A stretch of 64,000 nt of DNA. It comes from Candidatus Aminicenantes bacterium UBA1061 (lineage in GTDB: Bacteria > Acidobacteriota > Aminicenantia > Aminicenantales > Saccharicenantaceae). Every line of letters starts with the position of its first letter. Position 1 is the stretch's first letter. Both the position numbers and the translations under genes were made by a program. This document shows, piece after piece, positions 43,319 to 52,652 of the stretch. A model generated the notes under the pieces. It did no database searches. It saw nothing but the letters and a program-made list of their open reading frames with translations, and was not told the DNA's origin. The stretch lies in contig DCDG01000018.1 in assembly GCA_002316315.1 (NCBI GenBank), forward strand, positions 56,074 through 120,073, written 5' to 3'.

Positions 43319-43438
43319 GATTGGGAGAAGCGGCCTTCAGCTTAGAGCTAATGGTAAGCTATCTCCTGGGCCGTTCAGCATCTTTTTAGCCTCTAACTTA
43401 TTGATTATGAATGATATCCGCTGGCCCGACCCCATTTA

Positions 43439-43716
43439 GATGGCAGGTTGAAAGATAACCCGGCAGCCAGATCTTTTGACCTTCACCTTGATTTCATGAT
43501 ACTTGCCGTCCCAGCTTTCCGGAACAGGATAACCAAGAACGTAATAGGCACCGGTCAGAGTCTCAATTTTCTCAATATGGTCGGGAGCAGCATAGATTGT
43601 CCCGGTGTACTGACCTCCAGTCTTCCAGGCTATCTCTCGAAGAGAAACGGTTCCCCTTGGATGAATAGATTCCTGAATTATTAGATATGTATTATCTTCC
43701 GTATCAACCGGAAAGC
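43439..43716 (-). pseudogene. Fragment (about 280 bp) of a VWA-like gene paralog, homologous to 47237-47516
   Basis: About 88% nucleotide identity to the C-terminal coding part of the 46807-48468 gene. No start codon, and it is fused directly to other repeat fragments. Confidence 0.65.
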
Positions 43717-44039
43717 CCTTTCAGGTTAAGAGATGGCATCCGAAACTAAGGAGAAGTGACGAGCTTCTGTATCAATGATCTATCAAGAATTAGTATCGAT
43801 GGCTTGACGAGAGTTAAGGCTAATAGAAATAATGAATGGCGAGTTGCAACAAAATTTTTGTGGTGAGCAACACTAAAATAACAGCCGGCGTCTAAACATT
43901 TAAACCTTGAAGCCTAAATCAAAAAAAGACCTCCTCTCCAATCACTATTTTCCCCCTCCTTATCTACCACACCCTTGGCTGAAGAGCCTACAAAGACTTG
44001 ACTTTCTTTTTTTTTGCGTTAACATATTAAAAAGAAAGC

Positions 44040-45023
44040 ATGATGAAAGCTACTAGCCTTACCCACAAGGACAAATTGTGTTTTCTTCAGGGTTCTGTTA
44101 AGAAGCGCAAAACATGTGCGATTGGACTGATAGCCGTGCTGTATATTCTTACTCTTATGTCATGTGTATCACCAAAACCGTCCGACAAGACAAATATTCT
44201 GCCTGAATTTGTGGCAGCCGCTTATGGAGATAAAAATCTAGTTTCTAAGGAGTTGCGCGGCTGCACGTTCGTAATTTTTATCAATTCTACAGAGACCTAT
44301 CACATCGATCTCCTCGAGAAAGTATACAGAGATTATTCAGACGACGTCAATATTATCGCTTTTGTTGGCCAAATTTCCCTTCTCCCACTCTTGCACGACA
44401 GATTCCCGAGAGCCTGGATCATAGATGATAGCCAACAACTTTTCGTTGAAAAGTTTGATGCTAGATCTTGTTGCGGCCGATTTTTCATCTATGATTCGAG
44501 CAAACAATTAATCGCAGCTGGGAACAATACAGTATTCTATGAAGAAGGAACTAGATCAATTTTACAAAGAACCGTGGACCATATCAGTTTCGATATTTCA
44601 GTTCTGATACCCGAACAGAGCGTATCAGATAGTCCCGTGTTTCGAGAATTATGGGATCGATTACGTGTCCAAGAAAAGAGTACATATGTAATATTTATGC
44701 TGTCTGATATTTGTGGCTCCTGCCCCGTTGCCAAGACAATTTCGGAATTGTCAGCAGCATTAATCAGGCAACTAGATACCATTGGAGTAGCATTTCTCTT
44801 CTCGTCAGATTTTTCAGATATCGATATCCGGAACTTCAAAGTAAAATGGTCAGTTCCCTGGCCGTGTATACGTGCCGATGGCGATCTGGCTCTTAAATGG
44901 AATGATTTAATTCATGATTTTAGTCGAGAAGAACTGAATCAGATCCTTCTGCTTGTGGATTCGAGAGGAAAGTTGCTGGCCATAAACCAGGCCGCTTTTA
45001 AGAAACTGGTAGAGGTGAAATAA
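44040..45023 (+). CDS. Tandem thioredoxin-fold (TlpA/redoxin-like) lipoprotein
   Basis: Lipobox LTLMSC. The second domain carries CxxC (DICGSCP). The first domain is redoxin-like with a single Cys (RGCTF). It is separated by 1 bp from the downstream NHL paralog 3. Confidence 0.55.
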   Translation: MMKATSLTHKDKLCFLQGSVKKRKTCAIGLIAVLYILTLMSCVSPKPSDKTNILPEFVAAAYGDKNLVSKELRGCTFVIFINSTETYHIDLLEKVYRDYSDDVNIIAFVGQISLLPLLHDRFPRAWIIDDSQQLFVEKFDARSCCGRFFIYDSSKQLIAAGNNTVFYEEGTRSILQRTVDHISFDISVLIPEQSVSDSPVFRELWDRLRVQEKSTYVIFMLSDICGSCPVAKTISELSAALIRQLDTIGVAFLFSSDFSDIDIRNFKVKWSVPWPCIRADGDLALKWNDLIHDFSREELNQILLLVDSRGKLLAINQAAFKKLVEVK

Positions 45024-45024
45024 G

Positions 45025-46110
45025 ATGCCAGACCTAAAAACCAGAGTAGCATGGGCAATACTTGTGTTGATGATGCTTGCTTCTGGGCAGGCTCCGGCCT
45101 TGTTGTCCCAGAGCAAATACAGAACCGATTCAGATATTAAGAAGACGCTTCTTGAGAAATATCGAATCCAACCAGAGTGGCAAGAGATGGAAATTGTTCG
45201 CATCTTTCCCGGCGAGGAGGACCTAAAATCATCTCACTATTTAAACTATCCATCAGATCTAGTTCGAATCGGGGATAACTTGTTCGTTGGGGACTATGGC
45301 CTGGGGCAAGTCTTAATCTTCGACAAGGATGGGACATATCGTGGTACCTTCGGACGTCGCGGACAAGGTCCTGGTGAGTTTTCCCGTCTGGGAGAGATAG
45401 CCGGCAACGAAGCCAGCGGAATCTATGTCACCGACTCCGGAAGAATCCAGCATTTTTCCTTGGATGGTAGTTTTTTGGAGTCATTTAAATTTTTTGATAT
45501 TGTTAATGATATGGTCATTAATGGCCCTCATTTGTTGATTAATGCGATCTATGGACAGTCCAAAAATAAACAGAATCCTCTGATCATCCGCTGTGATCTC
45601 GCCGGAAATATCATATCGACCTTCGGCAACCGAATTGATCAAGACAACCATTATTCTACTGATAGCCGTGCTTATTTGGCTGCACGGGGCAGCGAAACTG
45701 TAGCCGTCTTCAGGCATTACCCCCAAATTCAAATCTATGATCATCTGGGAGTTCTGAAGAAACAATCGCAAATCAGTATTCCAATTCTTACCCATCTTGA
45801 AAAATTCAACTATGATAGCTCATTCACCAACCCGATGCCTGGCGTTATTAATTTGACCAGGCTGGTTGCCGGCGTTCAGATAGCAAGGGATAAAATCTTT
45901 ATTCTTTTGCATCTGCCCAGGATTGAGATTCATGAAATTGATGAATCCGGAAAGGTTCAAAAAGTGTATTATAGTCAGCGTTTAAACAATATCGTTGATT
46001 ATAGGGGATTTGCCTTAAGGCCTGACGGACCGGATTATTTCGCCTATATCGTCACCGTTTCTGAGGAAGAGATTTCATTATATACTTTTAAAATCAAACA
46101 AACCAGATGA
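45025..46110 (+). CDS. NHL-repeat / 6-bladed beta-propeller secreted protein, paralog 3
   Basis: Signature GRRGQGPGEF, signal peptide, 361 aa. Confidence 0.7.
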   Translation: MPDLKTRVAWAILVLMMLASGQAPALLSQSKYRTDSDIKKTLLEKYRIQPEWQEMEIVRIFPGEEDLKSSHYLNYPSDLVRIGDNLFVGDYGLGQVLIFDKDGTYRGTFGRRGQGPGEFSRLGEIAGNEASGIYVTDSGRIQHFSLDGSFLESFKFFDIVNDMVINGPHLLINAIYGQSKNKQNPLIIRCDLAGNIISTFGNRIDQDNHYSTDSRAYLAARGSETVAVFRHYPQIQIYDHLGVLKKQSQISIPILTHLEKFNYDSSFTNPMPGVINLTRLVAGVQIARDKIFILLHLPRIEIHEIDESGKVQKVYYSQRLNNIVDYRGFALRPDGPDYFAYIVTVSEEEISLYTFKIKQTR

Positions 46111-46237
46111 TAATAAAGCCTATATAGCTAAGATAAAAGTTAGGATAAAGGAATATGGCAACACTTGGAGGAAAAGAAGAGAAACTATTTGGCGCTATGT
46201 TAGAATGCGACCCCAAAATTATTGATAGGAAGATAAA

Positions 46238-46450
46238 ATGAAAAGAGTCATCTGGGTGATCGGAGTAATAGGCTTTTTATCTGTGAGTCTGATCATCCCA
46301 ACGCATGCCGTGGTGAATACTCCGCTGAAATGCTCATCTTTGGTAGAATGCGGCGATTGGTTAGAGTGCCCGGAGCGAGGACGCGAAATTCAGCGCTGCG
46401 TACTCGATTGCGAAAATGGCCCAATCGTTTTTTGCCCTGGTCCAATGTGA
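46238..46450 (+). CDS. Small secreted cysteine-rich peptide (70 aa, 8 Cys in the mature part)
   Basis: Signal peptide, then a Cys-rich region of about 45 aa (KCSSLVECGDWLECPERGREIQRCVLDCENGPIVFCPGPM). Lies immediately downstream of NHL paralog 3. Confidence 0.4.
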   Translation: MKRVIWVIGVIGFLSVSLIIPTHAVVNTPLKCSSLVECGDWLECPERGREIQRCVLDCENGPIVFCPGPM

Positions 46451-46806
46451 TAATGAAGAACCTCAACGAGGCCCTGGTAATTCCTTCAGGATGTACTTAT
46501 AACTGTAAGCGCGCGGGCTGAAAAGATAATCGCTGATCTTTTCGGCCAAGCATTGAGGCCACAGCTTGATTGAGTGAAAACATAGGCATAGCCAAAGAAG
46601 GTCTTCTTATAAAAACAGGGTGTTAATATTTTCATTTGACCCGAGCATGGATGTGTATACATAAACCAGTCAAATACCCACAGGTTTTTGAGCTCCTCTA
46701 AATACAGGATTAAGATCGGTGCAGCGATCAACAATCCGATGATCTTTTTAATACTTCTTGTGAAGGCTAGACAAGAGCCATCGCCTTTGTGGCAATTACA
46801 TCTTTT

Positions 46807-48468
46807 TCAATTTTTATCAGGCCCGGGGATGATGACAGAAGCTGCCGCCACAGCTGACTTGCCTGTCTCCATATTCCTTATGACCAGCCGGCACTTGTAA
46901 GTTCCTGGTTTAGCTGAAAGTTCACTCTGAATGGAGAGAGGTTTCTGGCGATACTCAGGTTTCGTTAGATCAAGCTCAATACGCCGGCTGTCAACTATCT
47001 GATCAAGCTGGTCAAAGAGAAGACTGACTGCTTCCACTCTCGGACCGACAACTTCCCCCAGCTCCTCCAACCGAAGCCTCGCTATGATCTGAATATTATT
47101 GGGTGGCGCAGGCGATTTAACCTGAGCCTCCATATCAAACCGTAACGGTTCGCCAGAGAGTGGCCTGGGTGAAAGAGCCACATCGACCAGGTGAATTTTT
47201 TTCTCCAGCTCTGAAAAGGAAGAAAATGGCTTCTGATTGAAATAGCCAGGTTGAAAGATAACCCGACAGCCAGGTCTTTTAACCTTCACCTTGATTTCAT
47301 GATACTTGCCGTCCCAGCTTTCCGGAACAGGATAACCAAGAACGTAATAGGCAGCGGTTAGAGTCTCAATTTTCTCAATGTGGTCGGGAGCAGCATAGAT
47401 TGTCCCGGTGTACTGACCTCCAGTCTTCGAAGCCATCTCTCTCAAGGAAGGTATTCCCTTTGCGGTCTCAGGGTACTCCAAATAGAAATTATCTTCAGTA
47501 TCAACGGGAAAGACTGAGGCATTAGCATCAGCTAACTGACGGCAGAGCTGTTCATATTCCCGGCCGAGATGAGCATTGCCATTATCAACATAGGCACCGC
47601 GACCTATATAGGCCGGGTGGATGCCGTTAGAATAAAGAAGAATGATTTTCTTCCCCTGAATATAACGCAGGGCCTGGGCGAGAGACTGCATTGACCAGAT
47701 AAAGTTAGAAGATACGATCTTGCCCGCCATTACATCATTGGACATCCGCCCAGGGCCCGAGCGTGAATATGAATCATAAGCAGCTCCGGAAGTTGCGATC
47801 TGGAATTGCGAATCAAAGAAGCGGCTCGGAGCCAGTGGCATAATATCTTTAGCCTGAATAGACTCAATCGCCCGTCGTGCTCCTTCCCGGTCACGGTCAG
47901 GCTGATGCAGAACATTGAGAACGCGGCCACCAGAAAAAGTTAAAACCCCAACCAGCATGTCCGGCTCAAGCTCTTTCTCAAGAGAGCGAAGCGCTGCCTC
48001 CCGGGCTAATTTAAATCCTCCCTGATCAGTAAACACTAAATCAAATAAATAGAGGAAGATGCGGTTTAGAAGAGGTTGCGGGGCCGGTACCTTCTCTTCT
48101 GGCTTATTTTCGACGACAGGCTCGGGTCCTTTCTTTTCAGCCGGGAGAGACATGGTGTGATTCTCAAACTCGGTCAGCAGCTTCTCCTTACCATTATCAT
48201 AAAGAATAAAGTCTTCTTTGCTCAGGTCAGTCACCGGCTGGCCTTTATCATCAGTCACCATGACATAGATGAGCTTTCTGATGACACTGACCTGGTATTG
48301 CTGGTTATCCCTGACCTTTTCCTGCCCTTGCCCCATGTTTGGCAGCAAGGAAACGAAAACGCCAACAACCAGGAAGGCCACAAGAATAATTACGATCAGC
48401 GAGCTTGAACGCCTATTCCCGGCCGAAGCTTTCCCTCTTGATAAAGCCCTGAAGACCTCAAGCTTCAT
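46807..48468 (-). CDS. Membrane-anchored VWA-like protein (resembles the VWFA-related Acidobacterial-type domain family)
   Basis: N-terminal transmembrane segment. A beta-sandwich N-domain (VMVTDDKGQPVTDLSKEDFILYDNGKEK) is followed by a VWA-like region (LVGVLTFSGG...). 553 aa. Confidence 0.45.
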   Translation of the reverse strand: MKLEVFRALSRGKASAGNRRSSSLIVIILVAFLVVGVFVSLLPNMGQGQEKVRDNQQYQVSVIRKLIYVMVTDDKGQPVTDLSKEDFILYDNGKEKLLTEFENHTMSLPAEKKGPEPVVENKPEEKVPAPQPLLNRIFLYLFDLVFTDQGGFKLAREAALRSLEKELEPDMLVGVLTFSGGRVLNVLHQPDRDREGARRAIESIQAKDIMPLAPSRFFDSQFQIATSGAAYDSYSRSGPGRMSNDVMAGKIVSSNFIWSMQSLAQALRYIQGKKIILLYSNGIHPAYIGRGAYVDNGNAHLGREYEQLCRQLADANASVFPVDTEDNFYLEYPETAKGIPSLREMASKTGGQYTGTIYAAPDHIEKIETLTAAYYVLGYPVPESWDGKYHEIKVKVKRPGCRVIFQPGYFNQKPFSSFSELEKKIHLVDVALSPRPLSGEPLRFDMEAQVKSPAPPNNIQIIARLRLEELGEVVGPRVEAVSLLFDQLDQIVDSRRIELDLTKPEYRQKPLSIQSELSAKPGTYKCRLVIRNMETGKSAVAAASVIIPGPDKN

Positions 48469-48666
48469 TTTTACCCCTCCAGGAATCTATAAATTTATCT
48501 TAAGCTTTCCGCCCTGAAATTAGCAACTTTTGTGCCAGAGCCATTTCCCCAACCTTTCCTGATATATACCGCTTTATACTGTCTGTCCTGTTCGACTTCA
48601 TGAACACCTGTCCACTAAAAATGACATCATGCTTCAGGGCGCAGGCCGTGCCCTACCTAAATTTCG

Positions 48667-49797
48667 TCACTTCAGCCCTGGCTTAATCAAATCCCAGTTT
48701 TTAATAGCATAGCGCTTGATCATGACCAGCCCCTTTTCTTCATCTACATGTCTGGCCCAGAGATGTCCTTTCCGGATGACAAGGCAGCGGCTGTAAGGCA
48801 GGGTTGTGCGGTAAAGGTAATAGCCGTCACGGCTGTAAATATCATATTCATGCCCGGCTGAAGCTTCAGCTTTTGGGTTAGTCCGAAGAACCCAGATCCT
48901 GCCGACATCATCCGTATAAAACCTATAAAAGAAGGGCTGCTCTTTAATCGGTAGATATTTAGCTACATCTTCAGCCTCTTCGGGAGGAATCGGCCTGGCC
49001 GGCTGCTGATTTTTGATAATGCAAAGCTTCCGTCCTTCTGTATTCATCAGGGTCAATTCATACTGCCTGGAAAAACCATAGACAAAAATCTCAGGGTTAA
49101 CAGCTGCTGCCTGTAAATCATATTCATATCCGGTGACGACAGAGAGAGTCCTTCCTCCCTCAACTTTCGTATAATTTTCGTACGGTACCTTAATTACCTG
49201 AAGGAGACTCCTTCCATCTGGCCCAATTTTTTCGAGAGATTTAGCTCTGCCTTTCTCATCAGCCAGTGACATAATACCCCAGATGTATCCTTGCCCATCG
49301 ACAAAGAAATCAGTGCAATAACTGCCCAGAGTAATGGATTTGAGATAGGTTCCATCCAGCTGGTAAAGAATCAGGCTGAATATGCTATCTCTTACATACA
49401 AAGTCTTTTTATCAGGTCCGATGAAGAGATTACGTGGCGATTGATACTCACCTGGCCCCTGACCGAAACCACCAATGGTCTTAAGATAATTTCCATTAGA
49501 GTCAAAAACCTTTAGAGCTGGCGGCTTCATTTCTGTAAAATAAATCCTTCCTTCCTCATCAACCACCAGGTCAAAAATATTGCCCAGCATGGTTTCTGGT
49601 TTATCCTCGCTGCCAATGCTCAGCTCCTCTTCCAGTTGAAGAGAAAGAGTGCCAAAAGCAGGCTCAGCTGGATTATTAACCACCGTCAGGCCGCCTTCCT
49701 TTTCTATTTTCCCCTTCCAGGCCTGATTTTCCTGCTTCCCTCCACAGCAGATAAGAAGCAAGGGCAAGAACCAGAGAATCAATTTAAGTCTTTTCAT
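48667..49797 (-). CDS. NHL-repeat / 6-bladed beta-propeller lipoprotein, paralog 4
   Basis: Lipobox LLLICC. Signature GGFGQGPGEY. Confidence 0.7.
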   Translation of the reverse strand: MKRLKLILWFLPLLLICCGGKQENQAWKGKIEKEGGLTVVNNPAEPAFGTLSLQLEEELSIGSEDKPETMLGNIFDLVVDEEGRIYFTEMKPPALKVFDSNGNYLKTIGGFGQGPGEYQSPRNLFIGPDKKTLYVRDSIFSLILYQLDGTYLKSITLGSYCTDFFVDGQGYIWGIMSLADEKGRAKSLEKIGPDGRSLLQVIKVPYENYTKVEGGRTLSVVTGYEYDLQAAAVNPEIFVYGFSRQYELTLMNTEGRKLCIIKNQQPARPIPPEEAEDVAKYLPIKEQPFFYRFYTDDVGRIWVLRTNPKAEASAGHEYDIYSRDGYYLYRTTLPYSRCLVIRKGHLWARHVDEEKGLVMIKRYAIKNWDLIKPGLK

Positions 49798-49911
49798 CTT
49801 TCCTTCCTACTCACTGTTTTTGTTGTTTTCATAAGTGATATATCAGTCTGATTAATAAGCACTACTCTCAGACCAGTTCGATTTGTTTAAAACAGCGAGT
49901 TTGATTATCTT

Positions 49912-50030
49912 ACCATCTTCTCTTCTGAACTCCATTGTCTAAGCTTCATCCTGACACCTCCTTACTCAGTATAATCTCTATCTCTTTGAGGTGTCCACCT
50001 CCTCAGGGGGTCAGTATAACCTCTTATACT
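49912..50030 (-). mobile_element. Solo left-end remnant of the IS3-family element (inverted repeat, 5' UTR and first ~12 codons of orfA)
   Basis: About 90% identical to 59950-60070. The reverse complement begins ATGAAGCTTAGACAATGGAGTTCAGAAG, encoding MKLRQWSSE as in orfA at 59993. Confidence 0.7.
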
Positions 50031-50409
50031 TAGCACTGAGCTTGTAACGTTTAAGCACATAGCGGACAGTAGAAGGCTTAACCTCAACTCCCCGTTCGCG
50101 AAGTATCCTGGCCACCCGGTCTCGGCCAAAGCCAGTCTTCTTCCTCTCGGCTATGATCAGAGCTTCCACCGCCGCTGACGTTCTCCGAGGCGAGCGTTTT
50201 GGCCTTCGAGACAGCGGCTTCAGCCCAGCCTCTCCTCTCTCCTCCCACCGCCTTACTACCTTCCTCACTGTCTTGCGAGTCGTTCTAAACACCCTGGCTA
50301 CTTCTGAGATATTCCCACTCTCCTCATAGGCCTTAATCACTGCCTTCCTGGCGAATTCCACTGACCCCTTGAAAAGCTCACAGTAACTGAGGTATAAAGA
50401 TTCTGTCAC
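50011..50409 (-). CDS. IS481-family transposase N-terminal (HTH) fragment; the DDE integrase domain is missing
   Basis: The pattern ...GLKPLSRRPKRSPRRTS...STVRYVLKRYKL is typical of IS481-type transposase N-termini. The ORF stops after 132 aa, and its last codons run into the IS3 end remnant. Confidence 0.5.
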   Translation of the reverse strand: MTESLYLSYCELFKGSVEFARKAVIKAYEESGNISEVARVFRTTRKTVRKVVRRWEERGEAGLKPLSRRPKRSPRRTSAAVEALIIAERKKTGFGRDRVARILRERGVEVKPSTVRYVLKRYKLSAKYKRLY

Positions 50410-50575
50410 TCGGGGCTCACCTCCTTTCTTTTAAGAGTTTCAATAACACTTTTAATGGAGGGAGCCCTGCTTTTTCAAGTACCAAGCTCATAAATCTCCG
50501 GCCTTCTTCTATCCCTGTCCCTACTGCCGGCTCTCCAGCACGTCGCGACCAAAGCTCCTTACTCCTCCATCCTCC

Positions 50576-50617
50576 CTGGATACTATGTCTTAACCTGAAT
50601 GAGAAAAAGACTTGACA
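50576..50617 (+). promoter_or_regulatory. Second copy of the conserved promoter-like motif, upstream of the small peptide/NHL paralog 5
   Basis: TGGATACTATGTCTTAACCTGAATGAGAAAAAGACTTGACAG versus TGGATATGATTTACTGATCTGAATGAGAAAAACCATTGACAA. Confidence 0.4.
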
Positions 50618-50690
50618 GACCGTTTTTTTTATTCATTTTTAAAGCAGAAGGAGATGATGGAAATAAAAATCTGAAAAAGGGGAATATACC

Positions 50691-50918
50691 ATGAAAAAAG
50701 TTGTGTCTGTTCTTCTCTTGATTCTCATTTTTATGCGGATCACCATGAGTATTTTAAATTTCACAACAAAAGTCTACGCTTCAGCACCGTCTATTTTCGG
50801 CACGACAACCAGGGGCGGGAGCTATTATGATCAGCTTAGATGGTACCTTCAGGGCCGGTGGATGTACGGAGATTACTATTGCATTGGTGAAGCATCTAAT
50901 TGTTCCATAGTCAACTAA
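50691..50918 (+). CDS. Small secreted peptide (75 aa; Tyr/Gly/Cys-rich C-terminal part)
   Basis: Signal peptide, then ...GGSYYDQLRWYLQGRWMYGDYYCIGEASNCSIVN. Lies 40 bp upstream of NHL paralog 5. A TTGACA-containing conserved motif sits upstream. Confidence 0.35.
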   Translation: MKKVVSVLLLILIFMRITMSILNFTTKVYASAPSIFGTTTRGGSYYDQLRWYLQGRWMYGDYYCIGEASNCSIVN

Positions 50919-50960
50919 ATTCCTATATCATCTCCTCCTATCCATGAAAAAGGACATAAG

Positions 50961-52055
50961 ATGAGGAAAATAGGATTAAAAGGTTTACTAACATTTGTCA
51001 TTTATCTTCAGATGGTGAGTATCTGCTTCTCGCAACTAGTAAAATTAGATAAAAAAATACCGATAGAAGAAAACGCACTTATTGTCTCTGGCTCTTTTGC
51101 CCTGTTACCGAATGGAACTTTCATTTTTACCGATATTAGAGATGAGAATAACCAGATTAAAATTATCAATGACAAGGGGAAGATAATAAAAGCCTGGGGT
51201 AAAATGGGACCAGGACCAGATGAGTTCAGTGGTCTGGCAGAAATCGATTATCAGAATCCTTACTTAGCCATTATGGATGCAGGCAAAAGATGCATTCATA
51301 TTTTTGAGACAGACCTCGATAAATTCAGAAAAATAGGAGACATCCTCGCCTGGGAGGCAACAGATTTTATTAAATTATATGATAAAAGCGTTTTAATGGG
51401 CGGGTATATCACTTCGCCGAAAGGAAAGGGCTACATAGTATTCGCGAGAGATTTTAATGGAGGTAATACGCAATATATTCTTCCCTTTGAATATAAATAT
51501 GGAGAGCGTTCCTTAAGTGAACATCAAAAGACCAGAGAAGAAGTTTCAGGTATATCATCTAGAGATTATGCTGACATTTATGAAGATGACCTCTTTTATA
51601 TAAGCGATGTGAGAGTCAGGGTGATTAAGACCAATCTCAAGACCAAAAAGATAGAAATCCTCGGGAAAGATCCAAAGAATTTCAGAGCGCTGGTGATGGA
51701 TAAGAAAACCAGGAACGAATTACTGCAACCGCAAACTGGCAAGGGGAAAATGCAAGAGATTTTAAATAAATTTTCTTTTGTAACTCGTATTTTTGTTGAC
51801 AAAGACTATTTTGGCCTGATCTTTTTGAACCGGGAAAAAAAGGTCGGCAATGAACTCTATTTTGTGGCCTATGTTCAAATTTATGATCACTCTGGAAAGG
51901 TGTTGTATGAAGGTCAGCTGGAAGACTTTTATACTGAAGAGAAGATTTCTCCACTTGTTTATCAAAAAGGGACAGGCTGCTTGTATTTGCTTGGTATGAC
52001 CAGCAGTGAACTCGGCGTAAAATATGTGATTTATAAATATCAGATTAAATTATGA
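50961..52055 (+). CDS. NHL-repeat / 6-bladed beta-propeller secreted protein, paralog 5
   Basis: Signature GKMGPGPDEF, signal peptide, 364 aa. Confidence 0.65.
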   Translation: MRKIGLKGLLTFVIYLQMVSICFSQLVKLDKKIPIEENALIVSGSFALLPNGTFIFTDIRDENNQIKIINDKGKIIKAWGKMGPGPDEFSGLAEIDYQNPYLAIMDAGKRCIHIFETDLDKFRKIGDILAWEATDFIKLYDKSVLMGGYITSPKGKGYIVFARDFNGGNTQYILPFEYKYGERSLSEHQKTREEVSGISSRDYADIYEDDLFYISDVRVRVIKTNLKTKKIEILGKDPKNFRALVMDKKTRNELLQPQTGKGKMQEILNKFSFVTRIFVDKDYFGLIFLNREKKVGNELYFVAYVQIYDHSGKVLYEGQLEDFYTEEKISPLVYQKGTGCLYLLGMTSSELGVKYVIYKYQIKL

Positions 52056-52550
52056 AGAGGCTTATTTATTTTTTAGCGGCAGTAATCGTCCTTTATCTGA
52101 TCAGCGTAATTTATAAATATCAGGTAACACCAATATTGATTAATTTCCCGGTCGATGAACTGGGAATAATCCCTAAAAAGAAGTCAGGTTGAATCTTGTG
52201 CTGTTCTTTTCAAAAAAAATTGCACACCGTGTGTTCAACATATAGTAAATTATTTAAACGAGGCACCAGAAAGTATTCAGGTTGTGGGAATAGTCAAGGA
52301 GGAAGAACTAAAGTTTTTAGATGAGATTAGAGAAACAACTGGGGCGAAATTTCCAATTAAAAGCATAAAAAAATGGAAGAAATACAGACCAAATTATGCT
52401 CCCACTTTATATGGGGTTGGCTCTGATGGTAAAATATATTTTGTCATCGCTTGTACTGCCCTCGAAGAGAATTATTGGCGGGCATATGTTGATGAATTTA
52501 TGAGAAAAGCTGAATATTTGCTACTAAAACCAAGTTTAAAATCAAATTGA
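52052..52550 (+). pseudogene. Frameshifted membrane-anchored thioredoxin-like (CxxC) gene
   Basis: An ATG overlapping the NHL5 stop opens a 46-aa transmembrane-anchor ORF ending at about 52190. A different frame then continues as ...SCAVLFKKNCTPCVQH... through ORF 52284-52550, resembling the second domain of the 44040 redoxin. The frame change lies in or near A5-A8 homopolymers. Confidence 0.45.
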
Positions 52551-52652
52551 GATGTTAGATAATAAAGATGGTCTTATGATAAGAATCATGATTGTGTGGT
52601 ACTGATTCAATTTCCATTGGATATATAAGATACTTATATTTATTTGACTGAT

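Noticed and set aside
43448-43684. ORF 43448-43684 (+) 78 aa
   Set aside because: It lies antisense within the VWA-paralog gene fragment. The homologous frame is on the minus strand.
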